Virus record (IMG/VR): IMGVR_UViG_2974716960_000001
Location: 1 to 64,000 of that record
Strand: one strand, 5' to 3'
DNA: 64,000 bases
Origin: a virus
Lineage: Duplodnaviria; Caudoviricetes
Part shown: one piece after another, positions 55,652 through 63,670 of the stretch
Layout: every line of letters starts with the position of its first letter
Numbering within the stretch: the stretch's first letter is position 1
The notes under the pieces: model-generated
The model's input: only the letters and a program-made list of their open reading frames with translations
Database searches by the model: none
What the model was told of the DNA's origin: nothing
Translations under genes and position numbers: made by a program

Positions 55652-55870
55652 ATGTCTCACGAGAAAACGTCCGTTGTGCTGCGAAAGATCGACAAAGCCG
55701 CGCGAGTGCGAGGGCTTAACTTCGAGATTCGACGGCCCGGCGGTAATCACACCATTTACGACTTAGACGGTCTGATGGTCACTATCCCTAATGGCACTAA
55801 GGTCACGCGGGTTGAGGCCACTTACCGGCAATTGCAGGACAAACTTGGAAAGGGCTGGTGGCGGCAGTGA
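55652..55870 (+). CDS. hicA: HicA-like toxin/RNase fold protein
   Basis: 72 aa, basic; GGNHTIY...VTIP dsRBD-like HicA motif. Confidence 0.65.
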   Translation: MSHEKTSVVLRKIDKAARVRGLNFEIRRPGGNHTIYDLDGLMVTIPNGTKVTRVEATYRQLQDKLGKGWWRQ

Positions 55871-55934
55871 CGTGGCGCAAGGTTCTTAAGGTAATCGACC
55901 GGATTTTGTGGGGTGTTGAGGGGCGGTGGGTTAA

Positions 55935-57215
55935 GTGAGCTTTGACGCGCCGGAGAACGCTAACTACGCGGCGACAATCGTCAAGCTGCCGCAGGGGCTT
56001 CTCCTAGAAGGTCTGGACAACCTGGTGGGCGTGCCAATGTTCGGTTACCAGGCGCTCACCCAGAAAGAGGGCTACGAGCTGGGCGCGCTGCGTGTGCTGT
56101 TCATGGCTGAGACGCAGCTTGACCCCGACTACGCGCGGGAAAACAACCTGTTCCGTGAGGCCACGCTGAACCGGGACGCCAGCGAGACCGGCTACCTAGA
56201 GCCGAATGCCCGCGTGAAGGCGCTCCGGCTGCGTAAGCACCAGTCAGACGCGCTGTTGATGCCGCTGTCGTCGCTGGCCTACACCGGCTACGACGTGTCG
56301 GCGCTCAAGCCGGGCGATACGTTCGACAAGCTGAACGGCCACACGATCTGCCGTAAGTACGTGGCGAAGGGTAAGAAGCAGGCCACGCAGGGTCAGCCCA
56401 AGGTTCGTAAGCAGGTTGACGAGCGGCTGTTCCCGAAGCACTTGGACACGGAGCATCTGTTCCGGAACCTGCACTACTTCCGTGACGCTAAGCCTGTCGT
56501 GGTGACGCAGAAGTTGCACGGCACGAGCTGGCGCGGCGGCAATATCCCGGTTAACCGGACTAAGGGTCGGTTTGAGCGGTTCCTGAACCGTCTGGGCATT
56601 GCCACTCCGGACACTGAGTACAAGCATGTGTTCGGCTCTCGGAATGTGGTTAAGGGCCGGTCGGATAATAACCACTTCTACGAGTCTGATTTGTGGGCGA
56701 AGTTCGGCGAGAAGCTTGAGGGCAAGATTCCGGAGAACTTCATCATTTACGGCGAGCTTGTCGGGTGGGTTAGCGAGGATGAGCCGATCCAGCGGGGTTA
56801 CACGTACGACCTGCCGCCGGGGCAGTGCGAGCTTTACGTGTACCGGGTGGCGACGGTGAACCCTAAGGGTGTTATCGCGGACCTGTCATGGGAAGGCGTT
56901 AAGGACTTCTGCCGGACGTTGGAACTCAAGACGGTGCCGGAGTTCGGTTTCGACGTTGAGCATGTGCCGAACTTTGAGGCCGAGGAGCGATTCGTCCTGG
57001 CTTACCAGGAGACGTACATGGACTTGCGTTACGCGGACGCTTACCCCAATGGCGGGTATCTGCCGCTGAGTGACCGCAAGACGGTTGACGAGGGTATCTG
57101 CGTCCGTATCGAGGGCCAGGTGCCGCGCGTGCTCAAAGCCAAGTCGCCGAAGTTCCTTGAGCATGAGACTAAGCAGTTGGATAAGGGAGAGGTTGACCTT
57201 GAGTCGGTGGCGTAA
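55935..57215 (+). CDS. RNA ligase (Rnl2-like with N-terminal OB-like domain)
   Basis: Motif I KLHGTS; IIYGEL; EGICVR; LKAKS. Confidence 0.9.
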   Translation: MSFDAPENANYAATIVKLPQGLLLEGLDNLVGVPMFGYQALTQKEGYELGALRVLFMAETQLDPDYARENNLFREATLNRDASETGYLEPNARVKALRLRKHQSDALLMPLSSLAYTGYDVSALKPGDTFDKLNGHTICRKYVAKGKKQATQGQPKVRKQVDERLFPKHLDTEHLFRNLHYFRDAKPVVVTQKLHGTSWRGGNIPVNRTKGRFERFLNRLGIATPDTEYKHVFGSRNVVKGRSDNNHFYESDLWAKFGEKLEGKIPENFIIYGELVGWVSEDEPIQRGYTYDLPPGQCELYVYRVATVNPKGVIADLSWEGVKDFCRTLELKTVPEFGFDVEHVPNFEAEERFVLAYQETYMDLRYADAYPNGGYLPLSDRKTVDEGICVRIEGQVPRVLKAKSPKFLEHETKQLDKGEVDLESVA

Positions 57216-57414
57216 AGCCGCAGTGGTGGGCGCAGTTCTGGCAGCTTTCGGGCTGTCAGGCTGCGCCTCCAACATTCAGGATAAGCAGACGTACGGCGGC
57301 GATGCCGAGTCTGGTGCCCAATATTGGGATGGCTACCTAAAGACGCGCAAGGGTGATGTGTTCTGCGTGTTCTATGACCGTGGCGTTAGTTGCGATTGGA
57401 GCAGCATTAAGTGA
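57199..57414 (+). CDS. Putative lipoprotein
   Basis: LSGC lipobox; likely TTG start 57199. Confidence 0.55.
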   Translation: MSRWRKAAVVGAVLAAFGLSGCASNIQDKQTYGGDAESGAQYWDGYLKTRKGDVFCVFYDRGVSCDWSSIK

Positions 57415-58067
57415 GCGTTGACATTAAGGACGCATTCAAGGCGGCTAAGCTGCGTGAGGCTGAGGCTAAGGCTGAACTCGCGGAGTTGCAGACCGGCCAG
57501 GCGTTGCGCGCCGAGCGCCATTTCCAGGCGACCGACGACATGGTTCACCAGCACTATTTCATCGGTGGCGTGGACTCTAAGAACGTCGCTGAGTGCGCGC
57601 AGCACCTTGAGTTCTGGCACCGGCTGGACCCCACGTGCGACATGAACATCGAGATTCACTCCGGCGGGGGTTCTGCGCTGGCGGGCCTGAGCCTGTTTGA
57701 CAACCTGACGCGCTACAGCTTGAGCGGCGGCGGTAAGCACAAGGTGACCATGACTGTCCGTGGCCTGGCCGCGAGCATGGCGACTGTGCTGGTGCAGGCT
57801 GCCGACGAGCGGGTTATCGGGCCTGAGTCGTTCTTCATGGTTCATGAGCTGTCCGGCCAGACGGCGGGCAAGATCGGTGAGCTTGAGGACACGATGGCGT
57901 TCTACCGGAAGCTGAATACGCGTATCGGTGAGATTTACGTCGAGCGGTCCGGCGGTAAGTGCTCTGCCGAGCAGTTCGCGGCGCTGTGGACGCGCCAGGA
58001 CGTGTGGCTTACCGCTCGGGAGGCTTTCGATCTGGGCTTTGTGGATCGGATCGAGGGGGCTAGCTAA
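57411..58067 (+). CDS. clpP: ClpP-like protease
   Basis: IHSGGGS, AASMA (Ser), FMVHE (His), DVWLTAREAFDLGFVD. Confidence 0.88.
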   Translation: MSVDIKDAFKAAKLREAEAKAELAELQTGQALRAERHFQATDDMVHQHYFIGGVDSKNVAECAQHLEFWHRLDPTCDMNIEIHSGGGSALAGLSLFDNLTRYSLSGGGKHKVTMTVRGLAASMATVLVQAADERVIGPESFFMVHELSGQTAGKIGELEDTMAFYRKLNTRIGEIYVERSGGKCSAEQFAALWTRQDVWLTAREAFDLGFVDRIEGAS

Positions 58068-58499
58068 GTGGCTGAGACGTACGAGGACTATATCGGTAGG
58101 GGCGCTAAGGCTCCTACGTTGACGCTGAATGGCCGCAAGGGTGGGCACGCGGTGCAGCCACATGAGGTGGCCCGCTCGCAGACCTTGCCGACTCAGCAGG
58201 GGACCGGCGAAGTCCTGGCCCTTACCGAGCCTGAGCGTAAGGCGGCGCGTAAGGCCATCGGTCAGGTTCACGCCAACATGGACGTGAAGCTGCAAGCTGT
58301 GCTGGACGCCATTAACCACGTGCGGACTCACGATCCGGTGGGGACGCTGCGTAAGAACAGCAAGGGCGTGTACGCGTTCTCATTCGAGCCGGGCAAGTGG
58401 CTGCTCATCGACGTGGATAAGCCCGCGTACCGGTCGGTGGAGACGCCTGCCGATAACGCGGCCATCCAGAACTCTTGGGAGCTGGTGGTTTCCGGCTAG
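58068..58499 (+). CDS. Hypothetical protein
   Basis: Coupled ORF. Confidence 0.55.
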   Translation: MAETYEDYIGRGAKAPTLTLNGRKGGHAVQPHEVARSQTLPTQQGTGEVLALTEPERKAARKAIGQVHANMDVKLQAVLDAINHVRTHDPVGTLRKNSKGVYAFSFEPGKWLLIDVDKPAYRSVETPADNAAIQNSWELVVSG

Positions 58500-58599
58500 T
58501 GGTTAATTACCTGTCGGGGTTTGGCGTGGGCGCGGTCCTGGGGATCGTGCTCACGCTTTACCTATTTGCAAGCGGCAAGCTCAACATGGAGGGGGAGTA

Positions 58600-58821
58600 G
58601 TGGCCTACAAAGTTGTGAAGATCACCGGCCCTAACTCAGCGATTATCGAGCATGAGCCGGGCGAGGTTTTCGAGTACGCGAATATCGGCGGCTTGATCGT
58701 GTCGTACGTGCGGGTCACCGATCCTTTCCCTTGGGATGGTAAGTACGTGGCCGAGTTCAGCACCCTTGACGAACTGAGGGTGTGGTGGCGTTACGACCGG
58801 ACCATGCCCTTAGCGGCATGA
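58600..58821 (+). CDS. Hypothetical protein
   Basis: GGAGGGGG RBS. Confidence 0.55.
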   Translation: MAYKVVKITGPNSAIIEHEPGEVFEYANIGGLIVSYVRVTDPFPWDGKYVAEFSTLDELRVWWRYDRTMPLAA

Positions 58822-59156
58822 GTAAGTGGCCGTGGCCTGCTGACACTAAGGACGACCGGTACCGCAGGATCATTGACCACTACCGGTCAGCCCTAGCGGA
58901 GATTGACCTTGAGGCGTGCCTAGTGGTCGATAAGAAGATGGCAGAGTACGGGCAGCCGTGGGTGTCTGATAACTCGATTATCGACGTGAACGAAATGCTG
59001 AGCGCTAAGCAACTGTCTGAGCGGTTCGGCATTTCGGAGTGGGACGTACGGAACTGGGCTAAGCGTCATCCGGACAAGATTCGGCGGCATAAAGCGGCTA
59101 ACGGTCGGACGCTATTCCGCGTGGGTGACGTGCTCACGTATCACGCCACCCGCTAG
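58818..59156 (+). CDS. HTH DNA-binding protein
   Basis: LSAKQLSERFGISEWDVRNWA...RTLFRVGDV HTH; ATGA-coupled start. Confidence 0.7.
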   Translation: MSKWPWPADTKDDRYRRIIDHYRSALAEIDLEACLVVDKKMAEYGQPWVSDNSIIDVNEMLSAKQLSERFGISEWDVRNWAKRHPDKIRRHKAANGRTLFRVGDVLTYHATR

Positions 59157-59203
59157 GGAACTCTTGGTCATGATTTAATTAAAGAGGGGAAAGTTGTACC
59201 CAA

Positions 59204-59617
59204 ATGTGGGCTGATATTCCTATTCCAGAGCTTAAGGGGTACCAGGCCAGCGATCAGGGCAAGATTCGCGGTCCCCGCAAGGAACTGTCCGAGTGGGCAG
59301 ACGAGCGGGGCTGTATGCGCGTTAAAGCGGCTGGGAGGCCGTGGGCGGTACACATGCTGGTCTTGCTGACGTTCGTCGGTCCTCGTCCATCTGGGGGCAC
59401 TCCACGGTGGCTTAATGGTGATCCCACGGATAACCGGCTGGTGAATCTGAAATGGCACACCGAAGATGAGCCGGAAGTTCTGACGCGGGTCAACCGTTGT
59501 CGTAACAATCACGTGTACTCACGAGAAAACACAAAGGTATGGGGTTCGGGTCACCGGGTTTGTCTCGATTGCGAGAGGGGCATTCCTAAGGTGGTTCAGC
59601 TTCCAGAAGTGATTTAG
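59204..59617 (+). CDS. NUMOD4-HNH endonuclease-like protein
   Basis: WADIP...YQASDQGKIR, VHMLVLLTFVGPRP, RWLNGDPTDNRLVNLKW (first HNH His apparently replaced). Confidence 0.8.
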   Translation: MWADIPIPELKGYQASDQGKIRGPRKELSEWADERGCMRVKAAGRPWAVHMLVLLTFVGPRPSGGTPRWLNGDPTDNRLVNLKWHTEDEPEVLTRVNRCRNNHVYSRENTKVWGSGHRVCLDCERGIPKVVQLPEVI

Positions 59618-59663
59618 CGCGCCCGCCTCGATCAAAATTTGAAAGGCGGTTCTGGCTGCGCTG

Positions 59664-59707
59664 AGGCGGGTGTCCTGGCGAGGGGTCGGGGCACCCGCCT
59701 TTCTCTT
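59664..59707 (+). terminator. Intrinsic terminator with an alternative antiterminator pairing
   Basis: AGGCGGGTGTCC / GGGCACCCGCCT 12-bp stem then TTCTCTT. Confidence 0.65.
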
Positions 59708-59718
59708 AAGGGGGTGCA

Positions 59719-59979
59719 GTGAAGCCATCTGACTATGCGTGGTTGGCGCTGCTTAGCGCGATTGTCGGATATGAGATTGCGGCACCGCCCGGCGAGCTTC
59801 TTAGTGAAGGCTGGGACCGCTACTTGCTGAGGTTTCCGATTGGCGCGCGTGTGTTGCCGTTGGTGCTGACCTTGCATGTGATTAACGCGCTGCCTGAACG
59901 CTATGACCCGGTTCACCGGTTGTCGGAGCTGTTCGCGGCGCTTGGGGGAAAAATTGACCGATCCAAAGGAAGTGCTTGA
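59719..59979 (+). CDS. Small membrane protein
   Basis: AAGGGGG RBS; AW...YEIAAPPGELLSEGWDRY pattern. Confidence 0.6.
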   Translation: MKPSDYAWLALLSAIVGYEIAAPPGELLSEGWDRYLLRFPIGARVLPLVLTLHVINALPERYDPVHRLSELFAALGGKIDRSKGSA

Positions 59980-60322
59980 GCACCTAGAAGCCGAGAAGGC
60001 TGCTAAGGCAGTTAAGCGTGACGCTATCAACCCGCAGCATTACAAAGATGGCTGGTCGGACGGCGCAGAGCTGATCAGCATTACAGAGAACTTAACCAGC
60101 TCAGGCGGGCAGGCTGTGCAGTACATTGCACGGTCGACGCGGCTGGATTCCAGTAAGAACAAGGGTAAGAACACCCTTGAGTGGATTCAAGACCTAGAAA
60201 AGGCTAAGTGGTTCCTTGACCGGGAGATTAAGCGTCTCCGGAGCAAGACTGCATTGCCGGTTAAGCCGTACTTGATCAATGAGTTCACGTATCCGATGAA
60301 CGTTTACGGGGGCTTTCGTTGA
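59954..60322 (+). CDS. DUF3310-like protein
   Basis: INPQHY...QYIARS...DLEKAKWFLDREI. Confidence 0.75.
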   Translation: MTDPKEVLEHLEAEKAAKAVKRDAINPQHYKDGWSDGAELISITENLTSSGGQAVQYIARSTRLDSSKNKGKNTLEWIQDLEKAKWFLDREIKRLRSKTALPVKPYLINEFTYPMNVYGGFR

Positions 60323-61101
60323 GCGCGCGTGTCTTGATCCTCGACATTGAGACGCAGCGGGCCATCGTTGAGACGTTCGGCTTGTTCAAGCAGTTCATTG
60401 GTATTGATCAGGTGCAGGTGCCTACGCGTGTCCTGTGCTGGGCTGCTAAGTGGCGCGGCGAGGATCGCGTGATGTTCAAGGCCGCGTGGGACGACAACGA
60501 CGAGGCCGGATACCGGGCCATGATGCAAACGATGTGGGATGCGCTGGATAGCGCCGACATTGTTGTCACGTGGAACGGTGATCGTTTCGACCTGCAATGG
60601 CTTGAGGCCGAGTTCCTGCGCCTGGGTATGGGTCGTCCGTTGCCGTACAAGTCGGTTGACTTGATTAAGACGGTGCGCCGTTGGTTCAAGGGCGGGCTGA
60701 TGAGCATGAAGCTCGATTGGTCGTCCCGCATGATCCTTAAGGACCGCAAGGTTCACCACGGAGGGAGTGACCTCTGGTGGGATATTAGGCACGGTACGCG
60801 GGCTGAGAAGCGCGCCGCGCAGAAGATTATGCGCGAGTACAACGAGCATGACGTTCGTTTGACGGGTCGACTGTTTGAGCATCATTTGCCGTATCTGAAC
60901 CTGAACCTTGCTTTGTATGAGGAGACGGTGGACGACGGTATTGAGCGTTGCGTTAAGTGCAATAGCGAGAACTTGAAGAAAGACGGCGTGAAGGCTTACG
61001 TCACTTCGGCGGGCGTTTATCAGATGCTCCGCTGTAAGGACTGTGGTGCGACTTCGCGCGGTAAGCGTATTCGTGGAACGACTGAATTGAGGCCGGTGTG
61101 A
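60319..61101 (+). CDS. DEDD/RNase H-like 3'-5' exonuclease
   Basis: LDIET, NGDRFD, YNEHDV motifs; C-terminal Zn ribbon. Confidence 0.85.
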   Translation: MSARVLILDIETQRAIVETFGLFKQFIGIDQVQVPTRVLCWAAKWRGEDRVMFKAAWDDNDEAGYRAMMQTMWDALDSADIVVTWNGDRFDLQWLEAEFLRLGMGRPLPYKSVDLIKTVRRWFKGGLMSMKLDWSSRMILKDRKVHHGGSDLWWDIRHGTRAEKRAAQKIMREYNEHDVRLTGRLFEHHLPYLNLNLALYEETVDDGIERCVKCNSENLKKDGVKAYVTSAGVYQMLRCKDCGATSRGKRIRGTTELRPV

Positions 61102-61180
61102 GCGTGCTAGTCGGGGCTTTGGTCCTGGGTATGGCTGGTTGGTTTGGATGGTTCATCCGTGACGTACGAAAGAATGGTTT

Positions 61181-61366
61181 GTGGTGAAGCCTGTAGCGCA
61201 GCCGAATATGCTGCACCAAATGATCGTTGGCACTCTGCTGGACAATAAGCAGGTGTATGTCCCTGCCCCTAAGGGTGTGGATGGTCCTGGTCATTGGCGG
61301 GGCACGTTGGCGAATAACGTGTCTGAGCTGAGCATGGATCGCGCGGCTAAGCGGTGGCTTAAGTGA
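61181..61366 (+). CDS. Hypothetical protein
   Basis: Coupled ORF. Confidence 0.45.
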   Translation: MVKPVAQPNMLHQMIVGTLLDNKQVYVPAPKGVDGPGHWRGTLANNVSELSMDRAAKRWLK

Positions 61367-61578
61367 ACGTGGTCGAGGACCACGCGGAGTTCATGCCCGG
61401 CGGCGAGCATTTCGGCTGCCGGGTTATGTCTCTAACGCCGAATGGGCCTTGGCAGTGTGTTGGTATGCACTGCGCGTTCTGTGGCAAGCCCTGCGGCTCG
61501 CAGGGTCATTACTCGTGTTGGGAGAAGAACCGTGAGCAAGGCGGCGGCCAGGTATCGGCAGGAGCTACGCCGGTCTAA
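61363..61578 (+). CDS. Hypothetical Cys-rich protein
   Basis: Coupled ORF; HCAFCGKPC motif. Confidence 0.5.
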   Translation: MNVVEDHAEFMPGGEHFGCRVMSLTPNGPWQCVGMHCAFCGKPCGSQGHYSCWEKNREQGGGQVSAGATPV

Positions 61579-61742
61579 TGCGGCGGTCCCGCACCGTAAC
61601 CGTTACCGGGAGTTCAAGAGTGGAAAGGGTCGACATGGGGAGGCCATAGCGGAGGGTTTGACCGACTGCGATTGTCATGCCCGCCTGATGCCGGGGCTGC
61701 ACTGTTCGTGGTGCGATCCCGACGATAAGGGGGAATGTCGGT

Positions 61743-62165
61743 ATGCCGGGGAATCTGCGGAAGAAGGGTGGGACTGGTAAAACTGAGCGTGATTACCTTA
61801 GGGCGCGTAAGCGCGTACTGAGGCAGTCTCAGATTTGCGCACTCCCAAGTTGCCGTAAGGCGATTGACCTCACCCTTAAGCCGGTCTGCCAGTTCGTGGA
61901 TACGAGCAAGTACACGGTGGAGACGGCGCACTTGATTCCTTTGGACTGTGGCCCTGACTGTCGGGAGCTTAAGCATTACCGCAAGAGCAATCCGTGGGGG
62001 CCGTCCGCTAACCATAAAATCTCGGTGGCGTCGTTGCCGCCCGATTCACCACTGTTGGCGTCCGCTAAGAACCTTGAGTCCATGCACTTGAAGTGCAATC
62101 AGGAGCTTGGCGACGGCAAAAACGCTAAGCCTCGAAATAAGACTTCGAGAGATTGGTTCGCATAG
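61743..62165 (+). CDS. HNH endonuclease-like protein
   Basis: CALPSC...ANH...NLESMHLKCNQ pattern with an internal insertion. Confidence 0.7.
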   Translation: MPGNLRKKGGTGKTERDYLRARKRVLRQSQICALPSCRKAIDLTLKPVCQFVDTSKYTVETAHLIPLDCGPDCRELKHYRKSNPWGPSANHKISVASLPPDSPLLASAKNLESMHLKCNQELGDGKNAKPRNKTSRDWFA

Positions 62166-62383
62166 TGTCGGATAATTCTTCGCCCGACGACCAGGGCAAC
62201 ATCATGGTCGGGGAGCTGCGCATCGTTCAGTACATTGACGGTGATGGCGTCCTTAGCACGGTTGACCTGTCTCAGGGGCCGGGTGGCGCTGAGCTTGAGG
62301 AGGAGGCGTATTCGCAGTTGCTCGATTGGGCACATGCGTTCACGTTGGCCCCGAAGGTTGCGGCGATTCTCGCTAATGAGTGA
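62153..62383 (+). CDS. Hypothetical protein
   Basis: Overlapping ORF in dense gene run. Confidence 0.45.
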   Translation: MVRIVSDNSSPDDQGNIMVGELRIVQYIDGDGVLSTVDLSQGPGGAELEEEAYSQLLDWAHAFTLAPKVAAILANE

Positions 62384-62620
62384 GGTTTACAAGTCGGAGG
62401 TTTTCGCGCGTTGTGTGGCGTGTGATGATTCGATCCGGCTGGGTGATGAGGTTTCCGAGTTCGCGGGGGAGTTGTTTCATGCCGAGTGCGTCTAAGGTCA
62501 AGCGGCCTTGCGTGGCGTGCGGCAAGAGTGTCCCTACTGAGCGTTTCCATAAGACTTGGGGTCGTGGTTGGGAGAAGCTATTTCATGTGGAGTGTGCGCC
62601 AAAGCAATTGGACTGAGCAC

Positions 62621-62920
62621 ATGCGCTCACTGCTGGGTGAGCAGGTGGTGGTGGTGCTTAACCGTGAGCCGCTGGCTACGGCGGTGGGTGAGCTGCTGTC
62701 GTTTGAGGATGGCGGCGAGGTCGTCATTCGTGACGATATGGGTTTTGTGCATTACTGCTGGCCTGCCCTTGAGGCTAGGGGGACTTCATGGAGTTCAAAG
62801 CTAGGTGCTGCGCGCCGGGCCATGACTGGTGCGATCCTTGCTGCGTGTGTGGGGAGCCGGAGGGTATTAATGAGCGACCTGACCTTGCGCCACCGTCTAA
62901 CCCGGTTCCGTCGCGGATAA
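62621..62920 (+). CDS. Hypothetical protein (Sm-like beta pattern)
   Basis: ATG 62621; VVVVLNR...VGELLSFEDGGEVVIRD. Confidence 0.4.
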   Translation: MRSLLGEQVVVVLNREPLATAVGELLSFEDGGEVVIRDDMGFVHYCWPALEARGTSWSSKLGAARRAMTGAILAACVGSRRVLMSDLTLRHRLTRFRRG

Positions 62921-62977
62921 AGCGGAAGATCAATAATCCTTGGCCGACTGAGAATCGTTGGAAGAAGTAGCAGTAAG

Positions 62978-63050
62978 GCCACCTTAGCTCAGTTGGTAGA
63001 GCAGCGCCTTCGTAACGCGCAGGTCAGCGGTTCGATTCCGCTAGGTGGCT
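62978..63050 (+). tRNA. tRNA-Thr(CGT)
   Basis: Acceptor GCCACCT/AGGTGGC; D-arm GCTCAGTTGGTAGAGC; loop TTCGTAA; T-loop TTCGATT; no encoded CCA. Confidence 0.92.
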
Positions 63051-63082
63051 CGTAGTAAACATAATTGAATAGGGAGATTGAT

Positions 63083-63217
63083 ATGACTGAAAAAGACCCG
63101 ATCAAGGTTTCTAAAGACAAGCTTGACGTTGTGCAGGAGCTTCGGGATCGCACGGCGTGGCCTAAGGCCGAGGTTCCAGAGCAGGCGAAGAAGCCCGCGA
63201 AGGTCGGTAACGCTTAA
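63083..63217 (+). CDS. Small hypothetical protein (44 aa) between tRNAs
   Basis: GGGAG RBS preceded by the ATAATTGAATA motif. Confidence 0.55.
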   Translation: MTEKDPIKVSKDKLDVVQELRDRTAWPKAEVPEQAKKPAKVGNA

Positions 63218-63238
63218 GTTTGTCCCCTTCGGGGGTTT

Positions 63239-63312
63239 CTGGCTGTAGCTCAACTTGGTAGAGCGCTGGCTTTGGGTGCCAGGGGTTCGGGGTTCAAATC
63301 CTCGCAGCCAGA
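63239..63312 (+). tRNA. tRNA-Pro(TGG)
   Basis: Acceptor CTGGCTG/CAGCCAG; anticodon arm CTGGC-TTTGGGT-GCCAG; T-loop TTCAAAT. Confidence 0.93.
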
Positions 63313-63564
63313 CAATGGGTCGTGTCCCCACCGATTGAGATTGTGGAGTGTCACCGTGAAGGTGGCAGGGGCCAAATGGTTGGTTCTGGCAGAGATACCC
63401 GATCACCGCCCTCGGGCCAGGCGGTATATAAGTGGGCCATCTTCTTTAGGGATTACCCCGCCTCACGGCGTGCGGCCCCTCGGTTAGTCCACCGATTGGA
63501 CGGCAGGAGACAATGCGGAAACGTAGTTAGCAGGTTGGGCGCTGTTTCTCCGTATAGCCCGCAT

Positions 63565-63637
63565 AGCTCGGTAGCTCAATTGGTAGAGCAGCGGTCTCCA
63601 AAGCCGCAGGTTCCCCGTTCGAGTCGGGGCCGGGTTG
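63565..63637 (+). tRNA. tRNA-Trp(CCA)
   Basis: Acceptor AGCTCGG/CCGGGTT; anticodon arm GCGGT-CTCCAAA-GCCGC; T-loop TTCGAGT. Confidence 0.92.
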
Positions 63638-63664
63638 CAAAGTGAAGTACAGGCCGTATACAGT
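63635..63664 (+). promoter_or_regulatory. SigA-like promoter, probably leaderless
   Basis: TTGCAA (63635-63640), 18 nt, TACAGT (63659-63664), 6 nt, ATG 63671. Confidence 0.55.
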
Positions 63665-63670
63665 GTTGGC

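Noticed and set aside
63313-63564. tmRNA or group I/II intron
   Set aside because: No tmRNA acceptor/T-arm ends or tag reading frame. Only vague similarity to intron core motifs and no interrupted gene. Left as an unassigned structured RNA.
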